Assembly (NCBI RefSeq): GCF_900232105.1
Contig: NZ_LT934425.1
Coordinates: forward strand, 2,340,001 to 2,372,000
Origin: Candidatus Kuenenia stuttgartensis
GTDB taxonomy: Bacteria; Planctomycetota; Brocadiia; Brocadiales; Brocadiaceae
DNA length: 32,000 nucleotides
Reading direction: 5' to 3'
Within the stretch, counting starts at the first letter, position 1; the number at the start of each line of letters is the position of its first letter. The position numbers were made by a program, and so were the translations under genes. Positions 1 through 10,879 of this stretch are shown here, in pieces. The notes beneath the pieces were generated by a model that did not search any database, was not told the origin of the DNA, and was given only the letters and a program-made list of their open reading frames with translations.

Positions 1-100
1 GTTATTATACATTGATTCTTTTTGTTTGTTTCATAATGAAAATACCATCTTTATCTTTCATTCCCATGTAATCGGGCATCCGGAAATGTGGATCGGCAAT

Positions 101-313
101 TCATGGATTTACACTACCGGATTCCTGCCTTCGCAGGGATGATATTTTCGATCCCTCTTGTATTTTTGTGAGGCAGGTATGCTGCCTTTTATTAAGCAAC
201 AGCTTGTTTTTTGTTGTCATAAAAGTTTTCATTTCGCTGTAACAATCATCGCAACCATAAGGGTATTCAATACAGACAGAACAATTTTTTTTGCTATACT
301 TTTTCATGAACAA
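101..313 (-). CDS. Small Cys-rich protein (about 68-70 aa) of unknown function; likely start is the internal ATG two codons in
   Basis: ORF MFMKKYSKKNCSVCIEYPYGCDDCYSEM...; CxxC-x6-CxxC pattern; AGAGGAG ribosome-binding-like sequence upstream of the internal ATG on the minus strand. Confidence 0.4.
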   Translation of the reverse strand: MFMKKYSKKNCSVCIEYPYGCDDCYSEMKTFMTTKNKLLLNKRQHTCLTKIQEGSKISSLRRQESGSVNP

Positions 314-825
314 TTCACTCCTCTTTTATTCAATTAAATAACTATCGGTGATGAATGTTTATAAAAATTCTGATATCACTTTTCGCAATTATAGTGCCCG
401 AAGAATGTATTCATATGCGTATGTTGAAAAATGGATACATTTTTCCCGGGAAAAACCAGAAACTGTGGGGATATAAAGTACATCAAAAAAACAATTTATG
501 TATTTAAAAACTATTATGAGATGGTAATAAAAATAGTTAAGGATTGTTTTTGCGGGAATCAAGCCTTTCCTCTTAAAAAAGGTGTTAATTTCGCTTTTTT
601 CAGGCAAAAATTTCAATGAATATTCTGTAAGTATTTATTTTAATAAGCGTTACATGAATGATGCAAATTTTGCCATGGTCTTAATTATTAGACAAGGGTT
701 TCTAAGGAGGGGCAATATTTTCAGGGTATTGGCGCAAAAAATGCGTTTTGTGACAAAGGCGATATAATCAATGTAATGTGCATTTATAACATAGGTCGGG
801 AATTTTTAGATAGGCGAATAGATCA

Positions 826-883
826 AATTATCACGACAGCGACATTTTATTCTTACATCCTGCGCAAGAATATGATAGGTTTT
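826..883 (-). repeat. 58-bp dispersed repeat copy A (inverted relative to 21237-21294)
   Basis: Reverse complement AAAACCTATCATATTCTTGCGCAGGATGTAAGAATAAAATGTCGCTGTCGTGATAATT matches 21237-21294 with 4 mismatches. Confidence 0.9.
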
Positions 884-918
884 CACTCATAAGGTGTGAG
901 TAAAATTTATTAGACAGT

Positions 919-1009
919 AATGTGGATTAAGTGACAGCAAATACACAGTTCCTTCATTATTATTGATGGATTCGATGCGAAAAAAACCGCTCCTTAATCA
1001 ACCCTACCC
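919..1009 (+). repeat. About 90-bp dispersed MITE/REP-like repeat, copy 1
   Basis: GTAATGTGGATTAAGTGACAGC...GATGGATTCGATGCGAAAAAAACCGCTCCTTAATCAACCCTAC is colinear with 21111-21200. Confidence 0.85.
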
Positions 1010-1139
1010 GGGAAATAAAAATGTTGCAGCAATGTTGTTTAGTACCTTAAGAGTTATAGCCAAACAAATATGATTTTAGAAATTTGGCGATAAAATGGCT
1101 TTCTAAAAAACAGATTTATTTGACTAAGCATATTATCAA

Positions 1140-1181
1140 ACACACCCCAGTCCCCTCTAAAAAGAGGGGACTGGGGTGTGT
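1140..1181. terminator. Perfect 19-bp stem / 4-nt loop hairpin just 3' of gyrB; possible terminator or dispersed hairpin
   Basis: ACACACCCCAGTCCCCTCT-AAAA-AGAGGGGACTGGGGTGTGT; lies 3' of minus-strand gyrB; only a short T run (TTTGATAA) follows on the minus strand. Confidence 0.6.
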
Positions 1182-1209
1182 AAATTTTTCGAAAACATTA
1201 TTTGTTTGA

Positions 1210-4028
<2,819 letters not shown>

Positions 4029-4128
4029 AATTGTATAAATGTTGCAGGGACGACCCTAAAATTGACCAATGACTAATGACCAAACTTAGAAATTCAACCT
4101 TTTTGGTTGAGGCTTGTGATGTGACCTA

Positions 4129-5229
4129 TTACTTCCATTCAACGGGCATCATGACGTTTATTTCTTCATGCCCGGTTTTAAACAATGCTGCATCGTCGAT
4201 TTCGCCAAGTTCAATGGTGATCGTTTCGCAATCTGAAGCCTTTAAAAAATCTAAAATGTAATCGGGATTGAAGGTATTCGTATAATCAGGTCCGTCATAT
4301 TGCGCAGCAATTTCCAATGCAGCCTCCCCGACATTTGCGGCGCTCGAAAAGATTGACAGTTTGTTTTTTGTTAATGAAAATTCGACCACGCGGTATTCGT
4401 CATTGGTGACAAATGACGCCATTCTTACTATGGATAATAGTTCATCCCGGTTTACTTCAATCTTTTTATCGTTATTTTTGGGTATCACCTCATCATAGTT
4501 TGGATATTTTCCCTCTATGAGTTGCGATATTACTTCTCCTTTTTCTCCGATGAAATGTATTTGTGATTCGCCCATCCCGACCATCAATGTACCTTTGCAT
4601 TCAGATACAAAACGCTGCAAAAAAGCGAGGCATTTTACGCCCACTATTCCCGACATGGAAACGTTTTCCGGATTACGGACCTTTCGTTTTACCACTGCCA
4701 GCCTGTTCATATCGGAGCCTACCATGATAATGGTATCGCCAAAAATTTTAACCGATATCCCGCTGTAAATGCTGAGCGCTTTTATGGAAGATACCGCATA
4801 TGCAACCTTTTCCACCATCTTACCAAGTATTTCACCGTCTATTTCGACAAATGAGGTTACGTCTGTTTTTGTTATATTGGGGAACTGAAGGCAGTCGTCC
4901 CCCAAAATCTTAAAACTACCCCCCTTTGATTGCAATGTACAATGGCCTGCTTCTACCGTTACAGAAATTTCTTCGTTGCCCGCCCATTCCCGGAAAATAT
5001 TATTAGCCCTCGATGCAGGCAACACAATACCGCCCTCGCCTTCGCATGCCTTTGCCGGTATCCTGTATTTAACAAGCACTTCCAGATCTGTTGCGGTTAA
5101 CTCGGCACAGTTGTCCGCCACTTCCAGCTTTACACCCTGCAGAATTTGTTTCATGGCGGAAGAGGGCACTACACTTGCCGTTAAGCTAAAACCTTTATGT
5201 AAAGCGTCTCCTGAAAATAGTATTTTCAT
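4129..5229 (-). CDS. dnaN: DNA polymerase III beta subunit (sliding clamp)
   Basis: 366 aa; MKILFSGDALHKGFSLTASVVPSS... start, GIVLPASRANNIFREW, and C-terminal EEINVMMPVEWK; located between dnaA and dciA/gyrB. Confidence 0.93.
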   Translation of the reverse strand: MKILFSGDALHKGFSLTASVVPSSAMKQILQGVKLEVADNCAELTATDLEVLVKYRIPAKACEGEGGIVLPASRANNIFREWAGNEEISVTVEAGHCTLQSKGGSFKILGDDCLQFPNITKTDVTSFVEIDGEILGKMVEKVAYAVSSIKALSIYSGISVKIFGDTIIMVGSDMNRLAVVKRKVRNPENVSMSGIVGVKCLAFLQRFVSECKGTLMVGMGESQIHFIGEKGEVISQLIEGKYPNYDEVIPKNNDKKIEVNRDELLSIVRMASFVTNDEYRVVEFSLTKNKLSIFSSAANVGEAALEIAAQYDGPDYTNTFNPDYILDFLKASDCETITIELGEIDDAALFKTGHEEINVMMPVEWK

Positions 5230-5334
5230 TGTTATGGTTCCTGGTTTTTATGTGAAAATGGGGTAAACACGTGTTTGTTACTATACACATGCCGGTAAGG
5301 CGAAGCCTTTGGCCGGTAAAAAAAACTTAAACAA

Positions 5335-5369
5335 CAGATTACTTGGCGCAGCCTTTGGCCGCAACCAAA
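5335..5369 (+). repeat. 35-bp dispersed repeat (copy of 27091-27125)
   Basis: CAGATTACTTGGCGCAGCCTTTGGCCGCAACCAAA versus CAGATCACCTAGCGCGGCCTTTGGCCGCAACCAAA, 31/35 identical. Confidence 0.8.
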
Positions 5370-5448
5370 TTTGTAATGCGAATATCGAAATATGAAATAA
5401 TTTCAAGTGACAAAAAACTCAATACTCCAAACCTTGCGTAATGCATTT

Positions 5449-5489
5449 TGAAAAACTAGCATAAAAAACAAGAAGTTGATGGATAGTAG
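5449..5489 (+). repeat. 41-bp sequence shared with the 3' end/downstream of the 518-aa ORF at 28757-28797
   Basis: TGAAAAACTAGCATAAAAAACAAGAAGTTGATGGATAGTAG versus TGAAAAACACGCATAAAAAACAAGAAATTGATGGATAGTAG, 38/41 identical. Confidence 0.85.
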
Positions 5490-5494
5490 AATAT

Positions 5495-5521
5495 GTAGTG
5501 CGACGAGGTTCGTCGCACTAC
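5495..5521. repeat. Perfect 12-bp stem / 3-nt loop hairpin in the dnaA-dnaN intergenic region
   Basis: GTAGTGCGACGA-GGT-TCGTCGCACTAC. Confidence 0.85.
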
Positions 5522-5559
5522 AAATTACGATTTCCAGTTTCAAAAGGCTAAAGTGTTCC

Positions 5560-6978
5560 TTATTTCAACAATTCACCTTCCAGCTTTTGTATAATAAACG
5601 AAAGATTTTTATCATTCCCTGCCTTTTTGATGATAGTTTCATCACCATGTATTACGGTTGAATGGTCTCTCCCGCCAAGGTATCCCCCTATTTCTGTCAG
5701 GGACATATTGGTTAATTTTCTCGAAAGATGCATAGCAATTTGCCTTGGCAGCGCCACGGTACGCGTGCGGCGCTTCGATAAAAGCTCTGAAACGCTCACA
5801 TTAAATTTTTTTGAGATAGCGCCGAGAACCGCTTCAATACTAACGGTTTTTTTACTGCCCGATATTTCCCGGGAGACCTTTCTGATGAAATCGAAAGAAA
5901 CGGCATTATTTGTTGCCTTTGCTTCATTGCTCAGCCGCGCAATGGCGCCTTCCAGTTCCCGGATATTGCCCGGTATATTTTCCGCGAGGTATACGGCAGA
6001 TTCATGGGAAACCTTAATATTCCAGGCGGCAGCCCTTTTTTCAACAATTGCGGCTCGTGTTTCCAGGGAAGGCGTACTAATGCCGCATACAAGCCCCCAT
6101 TTAAAGCGGGATACCAAACGGTCTTCCATGTATGCAATAGATTCCGGGGGATAATTGCTTGTGATGACAATTTGTTTTCCGTCATTATAAAGGGCGTTGA
6201 AGGTATGGAAGAACTCTTCCCTGCTTCCGTAGGAATTCTCAAAAAATTGTATATCGTCCATCAAAAGCACGTCCACATTCCGGTAAAACTTTCTAAATGC
6301 TTCCATGTTGTTGGATTGTATTGCGGAAATGTAGTGGTTTACAAAATGTTCACAGGATAAATAGAACGTCTTCAAACGGCCTTGTTGAAGGATGAAATTA
6401 TTAATGGCGTGCATAAGGTGCGTTTTCCCCAATCCACTGGCGCCATGGATAAAAAGAGGGTTATATGCATATCCCGGAGAGCCGGCAACGGAAACTGCCG
6501 CTGCGTGCGCCATACGGTTATATGCGGCAACAACAAAGTTTTCGAAGGTATATCTTTTGTTTATTGATGAGAGAGAAACAATATTCATAGACGATGCATT
6601 TGCATTAGAGATGTCATTGTCTTTGGATTGTAATTGCATTTGCGTTGTGATGGCAGGTTTTTCCGCCGAAATAATGTCGATTTCAAATGAGGGGTGCAGC
6701 AGTTTATACACTATACTAGAAATGAATTCCAGGTAATCTGCGCATATCCGGTTTTTTATGGAATCGCCTGGCACGGCAAACGTAATGCTGTTATCGGTAA
6801 TAGAGGAGATTTCCATGCGGGAAAACCATTGGTCATATTGTTCCGGAGGAACGGTTTTTCGTATCTCTGCACGGATGCTTTCTATCAGGTAATCACTTTC
6901 TGTGGAGGTGAGCATCTGTATTGTTTGAAATCCATATGACGAGGGATTGAGTTGTTGTTTGTCGTTATCGTTATACAT
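5560..6978 (-). CDS. dnaA: Chromosomal replication initiator protein DnaA (ORF open to 7002; ATG at 6978 preferred)
   Basis: YTFENFVVAAYNRMAHAAAVSVAGSPGYAYNPLFIHGASGLGKTHLMHAI, VLLMDDIQFF, SRFKWGLV, and C-terminal RTVALPRQIAMHLSRKLTNMSLTEIGGYLGGRDHSTVIHG DnaA signature. Confidence 0.97.
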   Translation of the reverse strand: MYNDNDKQQLNPSSYGFQTIQMLTSTESDYLIESIRAEIRKTVPPEQYDQWFSRMEISSITDNSITFAVPGDSIKNRICADYLEFISSIVYKLLHPSFEIDIISAEKPAITTQMQLQSKDNDISNANASSMNIVSLSSINKRYTFENFVVAAYNRMAHAAAVSVAGSPGYAYNPLFIHGASGLGKTHLMHAINNFILQQGRLKTFYLSCEHFVNHYISAIQSNNMEAFRKFYRNVDVLLMDDIQFFENSYGSREEFFHTFNALYNDGKQIVITSNYPPESIAYMEDRLVSRFKWGLVCGISTPSLETRAAIVEKRAAAWNIKVSHESAVYLAENIPGNIRELEGAIARLSNEAKATNNAVSFDFIRKVSREISGSKKTVSIEAVLGAISKKFNVSVSELLSKRRTRTVALPRQIAMHLSRKLTNMSLTEIGGYLGGRDHSTVIHGDETIIKKAGNDKNLSFIIQKLEGELLK

Positions 6979-7014
6979 GGGAAGCCGCCTGTATATTTTC
7001 AATATGATAAAAGA

Positions 7015-7275
7015 TCAAAGCCATATGCCATTTTTATCTGATTTTACGTTTATCTTGTTAATATTCAATAATTTATTGTTTTCGCATATTTCAATTTCAA
7101 AATGTCCGTGTATGCCATTGTGAGTGAGGTGTTTTTTTAACGACGATGCGGGAAATTTTATTGTTTCGCCGGACGCGGTAGTTGTCTGTATGTATTTCGC
7201 AGTGCCCCTATAGTAAGCCAGATACTCATCCGGAGAAATATTGAGTGAAAATTGAAAACGCCGTGTCGTGGTCAT
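7015..7275 (-). CDS. DUF2835-like small protein immediately upstream of dnaA
   Basis: 86 aa: FQFSLNISPDEYLAYYRGTAKYIQTTTASGETIKFPASSLKKHLTHNGIHGHFEIEI resembles the DUF2835 pattern (is.eyL.yY.G.a...dG..i.fPa..L..f....Gi.G.F.i). Confidence 0.7.
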   Translation of the reverse strand: MTTTRRFQFSLNISPDEYLAYYRGTAKYIQTTTASGETIKFPASSLKKHLTHNGIHGHFEIEICENNKLLNINKINVKSDKNGIWL

Positions 7276-7362
7276 TTTAAATTGCGATAAATGAAATGGT
7301 GAGCGGTAAATAGGGTAAATATTCTATAATAATACGCCAAATACTTTCCTCATTCTCATTCT

Positions 7363-8598
7363 TCATTTACTTGCATGATAACAAACAGCACCTGCTATCA
7401 TGGTAAAAATATTTTTAGCCGATGAATCAAGTATTTGATCATAGACGCTGCCGGTCGGGTTGCCGGGCAATCTGATACCGCACATGTCCGCTTCAAAGCC
7501 TTCTTTTAGCTGGCCGATAGCTGTTTCCATCCCTAGCGCCTTTGCGCCATTTTTTGTAGCGATTGAAAATAGTACCTTTGGTGGTAATGAATAATGGGTA
7601 TGTAAAAATTTCATCTCTTCCAGTATGTCTAATGTATCATTACTTGCCAAACTGTCCGTGCCTAATCCTACGTTGATCCCTTTTTCCAGTAGTTTTGGCA
7701 GCGGATGATTTTTGTGGCCGAAGAAGTGGTGACTTTTTGGGCAAAAAGCTATGCTGGCGCCTGATGCATGTAGTAATTGAATCTCCTCTTCAGTAAGATA
7801 ATTGCAATGAATTAGCAGTGTTTTTTCGTTTAACACCCCCGCTTCATATAAATATTGTATGGGTTTACGTTCCGGAGGTTGCCATCCTTCAGGCATTGCC
7901 TTTAATTTTTGCAGCAAAACAGGCAAATGCCCGGATCCTTTTGCGAGAAATTCAATTTCATCCTCTGTTTCTGCTATGTGGGTACAAATCAGAATGTTTC
8001 TTTCTTTGGCAAGTTGGGAAGCGGCCACATACAGTTCTTTCGAAACAGAATAAGGGGCATGGGGAGAAATGCCTGCATGGTAAAGGTCTGTGGCTTTTAT
8101 TTTCGCCAATTCCATGGAAGTTTTTGCTATTATTTTTTGCGCATATGCAGGATTCAGCCCAATGATCTCTTTGTAAACAACCTTGCGAAGCGGGTTTTTT
8201 TCCAATACGGAAAACGAGTGTTCAGCACTTGCAATATCTGCCACCGTAGTTGTGCCGCCGGCGATACACAATGCGATTCCTTTTTTTATTGAAGCAATGG
8301 TGTCGTCTGCTTTCCATCTTGATTTTAGTGCGATTAGTTGAAATACCCAGTGTGTGAAATTGCTGGTGGGGGCAATAAGGTTTTTACTTTCCGTCAGGTC
8401 AAGATGAGTATGTACGTTTATAAGCCCTGGCAACAACGCAGTATTTTTCAAATCAATAATTGCCGCATTATCCCCCAGATTCCTGATTTCATCAAATGTA
8501 CCCACCTTACGTATTTTGGTGCCTTCGATAGCTATGGCGCCATTTTCAATGTAGTGGTTATTGTCTTGTACAAGATACTTTGCTTTTATGACTATCAT
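7363..8598 (-). CDS. Amidohydrolase family deaminase (cytosine/MTA/aminofutalosine deaminase-like)
   Basis: 411 aa; LLPGLINVHTHLDLTE, CIAGGTTTVADIAS, ISPHAPYSVS, CTHIAETEDEIEF, LIHCNYLTEEEI, GLGTDSLASND motifs. Confidence 0.85.
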   Translation of the reverse strand: MIVIKAKYLVQDNNHYIENGAIAIEGTKIRKVGTFDEIRNLGDNAAIIDLKNTALLPGLINVHTHLDLTESKNLIAPTSNFTHWVFQLIALKSRWKADDTIASIKKGIALCIAGGTTTVADIASAEHSFSVLEKNPLRKVVYKEIIGLNPAYAQKIIAKTSMELAKIKATDLYHAGISPHAPYSVSKELYVAASQLAKERNILICTHIAETEDEIEFLAKGSGHLPVLLQKLKAMPEGWQPPERKPIQYLYEAGVLNEKTLLIHCNYLTEEEIQLLHASGASIAFCPKSHHFFGHKNHPLPKLLEKGINVGLGTDSLASNDTLDILEEMKFLHTHYSLPPKVLFSIATKNGAKALGMETAIGQLKEGFEADMCGIRLPGNPTGSVYDQILDSSAKNIFTMIAGAVCYHASK

Positions 8599-8744
8599 GA
8601 GTAATATGTTTTGTATTGCAAAAGATAATCGAAATGATTTCAGAAAGTATGAGCCTAAGGTTCATGTTAAGGGACTCGTAATTTTTCGTCATACCGTAGC
8701 AGTCGGCAGATTGCAGATTGTGGACTGCCAAATGTAGATTGCAA

Positions 8745-8792
8745 AAGTAACCATTAAATATTTTGCCAAAAAATGTAAAGAAATTACTGATA
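8745..8792 (+). repeat. 48-bp dispersed repeat (copy at 12427-12474)
   Basis: AAGTAACCATTAAATATTTTGCCAAAAAATGTAAAGAAATTACTGATA versus AAGTTACCAGTAAATATTTTGCCAAAAAATGCTAAGAAATCACTGATA, 43/48 identical. Confidence 0.85.
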
Positions 8793-8795
8793 GTA

Positions 8796-9680
8796 CTAAG
8801 GCATTGCCACCCAACTATGCCAATCAGGGCCTATATCTCCCCTGCGTTTGTAGCGTTCCATTAACGATTGGCACTGGCAGGTCATTTTTTGCTGACTACT
8901 ATTTTCTGCTATTTTCTTTATAATTTGAGGAAAAAGTGCGACAGCACTTCTCACCGCTTCGCGGTCGCTGTCAGTTGCGAGTCCCTCAAACAATTCTCCC
9001 GCTTTAAAAGGTCTGCTTGCGATTCCCTCCGCGTAGTTTGTGACGTAACAGATAGATGCGTAACACATTTCTAGTTCTTTGGCAAGAAAGACTTCGGGGA
9101 CAAGCGTCATGCCGACAAGGTCTCCGCCGTACAACTTATATTTTCTTATTTCAGCGGGTGTTTCCAGCCGCGGCCCCTGTGTGCACACATAGACGCCTTT
9201 GCCGGTAATGCCAATGCCTAGAAATTTTAGTGTGTGCAGGATACTTTCTCTTAAGGTGGGGCAAAAAACAGGAAACTGACGTATAAATCCGATTCCCAGA
9301 TGCTTATAGAAGGTTGATTCTCTGCCATGCGTTTCGTCGATAATATCGTCTATCAATACGTATTCGCCGATTTTGTAATTTTCATTCATAGCGCCGGGGC
9401 CTGACCATGACACTATTTGCTTGGCGCCCAGTTCTTTTAGTGCGTAGATATTTGCCCTGTAGTTAACAAAGGGTGCGGTAACGCCGTAGCCTTTTTCGCC
9501 ATGACGCGATAAAAAAAGCATTTCTGCATTAGCATCTCTGATGAAATATACCGGCTGCGACCGCCCGTAAGGGGTATTGATCTCCCCCAGCCTTTTGCCT
9601 TTAATGCAACCGCTAAGAAGCAAATCATAGGCCTGGCTACCGCCAATTACCGCAAGGGAGGCTTTGGTGTTGTTTACCAA
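8796..9680 (-). CDS. MTAP/PNP family purine nucleoside phosphorylase (ORF open to 9743; TTG start at 9680 preferred)
   Basis: LAVIGGSQAYDL, FLSRHGEKG, VNYRANIYALKELGAKQIVSWSGPGAMNENYKIGEYVLIDDIID, YVCTQGPRLETPAEIRKYKLYGGDLVGMTLVPEVFLAKELEMCYASICYVTNYAEG. GGGAGG precedes TTG, which overlaps the upstream stop codon. Confidence 0.85.
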   Translation of the reverse strand: MVNNTKASLAVIGGSQAYDLLLSGCIKGKRLGEINTPYGRSQPVYFIRDANAEMLFLSRHGEKGYGVTAPFVNYRANIYALKELGAKQIVSWSGPGAMNENYKIGEYVLIDDIIDETHGRESTFYKHLGIGFIRQFPVFCPTLRESILHTLKFLGIGITGKGVYVCTQGPRLETPAEIRKYKLYGGDLVGMTLVPEVFLAKELEMCYASICYVTNYAEGIASRPFKAGELFEGLATDSDREAVRSAVALFPQIIKKIAENSSQQKMTCQCQSLMERYKRRGDIGPDWHSWVAMP

Positions 9681-10588
9681 GCGTGAACCTCCCGTTTTTT
9701 TTCTATCGCTTTTGTGGGACATTCTTCCGCACAGATCATACACCCTTTGCAGTTGTCATAATCAGCAAAGGGAAAACCCTCTTTATTAACGGAAATACAA
9801 CTGTCCGGGCATCTGTTGACGCATATCATACATTTTGTGCAGGCATCGTAATTCCATTGGGGTTTAAATATTCTCCAGTTGCCGGTTTTTCGCCGGGGAG
9901 TGTTTGCTACGGAATATACCGCAGGGCTCGAAATAGTTGCAGGTTCAAAAGTAACAGAGAAGACGGGATTATCCTTATGAACAATTTCCTTTGCATCGAT
10001 CATTACCGAAGAAATGGCATGGAAACAATAAAGAGAGGCCTTGATATTTTTTTCGATGAGGCCCCTATCCTGTATTATTTCTGACACTTCCTTTTCGACA
10101 GCTTGTCTTAAGAAATCTTCTTCCATCCTGGTAATCTTTGCCGCAACACCCCCCGACAGTGTGCTTAGAATTGGTTTCCCCAGCATTTCAAAACTGATTT
10201 TTGTAATGTCAAGCGTTATTGTTTGTCCGGTAAGATGGTATTTTGTTTTTATTTCTTCAGGGGTGTGGGTGGTATTGATAAAAACAATGCCGCCATTTTT
10301 TAATCCTGATAAAGGACTTGCTGCGGTATCGTCCAAAAGGGTCTCATCCATTATTATGATACCATCGGGGTCGCTTATTACTCCCCGTTCCTGTATTGGT
10401 TCTGAAGAAATACGTGTACAGGCTAGTATCGGTGCGCCCCTGCGTTCCGCCCCGTAAAGCGGAAAGTCCTGCGCATAAAATCCTCCTAAAAAGGCTGTTG
10501 TCCCCAGTATTCTGCTGGCAACTTTTGCGCCCTGGCCGCCTCTTCCGTGAAATCGTATTCTGTAAGTAAAGGTATTTTCTGTTTTCAT
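9674..10588 (-). CDS. 2-oxoacid:ferredoxin oxidoreductase gamma subunit fused to a delta-type 2[4Fe-4S] ferredoxin domain
   Basis: RIRFHGRGGQGAKVASRILGTTAFLGG...QDFPLYGAERRGAPILACTRIS (gamma) and CTKCMICVNRCPDSCI...CKGCMICAEECPTKAI (two CxxCxxCxxxC clusters). Confidence 0.9.
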   Translation of the reverse strand: MKTENTFTYRIRFHGRGGQGAKVASRILGTTAFLGGFYAQDFPLYGAERRGAPILACTRISSEPIQERGVISDPDGIIIMDETLLDDTAASPLSGLKNGGIVFINTTHTPEEIKTKYHLTGQTITLDITKISFEMLGKPILSTLSGGVAAKITRMEEDFLRQAVEKEVSEIIQDRGLIEKNIKASLYCFHAISSVMIDAKEIVHKDNPVFSVTFEPATISSPAVYSVANTPRRKTGNWRIFKPQWNYDACTKCMICVNRCPDSCISVNKEGFPFADYDNCKGCMICAEECPTKAIEKKREVHAW

Positions 10589-10879
10589 GATAAAGAATTA
10601 TCCGGTTCAAATAATTTTTTAACGTAGTACAAGATTATACTCAAAAAAATAGTTTCCAGGCAAGAAAACGTTTTTTTGGGTATTTTCAAGAGAAATGACG
10701 GTGCTGTTTTTTATAATACCAGGTTGTTCCGTAAAAAATACCAATGTTATTTTGCTAATATTGTTTACAGAGCAATCATTTAGCTTGACTTGCAAAAATG
10801 ATACATATAGAATTTAGCGACTTTTGACTCATTAATTAACGAGGTGTATTGGGAAACTTAAATACAAAGGAAAACAAAG

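Noticed and set aside
389-767. Small ORFs on both strands (389-616, 431-619, 582-767)
   Set aside because: Short, overlapping on opposite strands, low-complexity Phe/Tyr/Ile-rich translations; no convincing start signals or motifs.
919-933. TGTGGATTA as a DnaA box near gyrB
   Set aside because: One mismatch to the TTATNCACA consensus and embedded in the 90-bp dispersed repeat, so the match is likely incidental.
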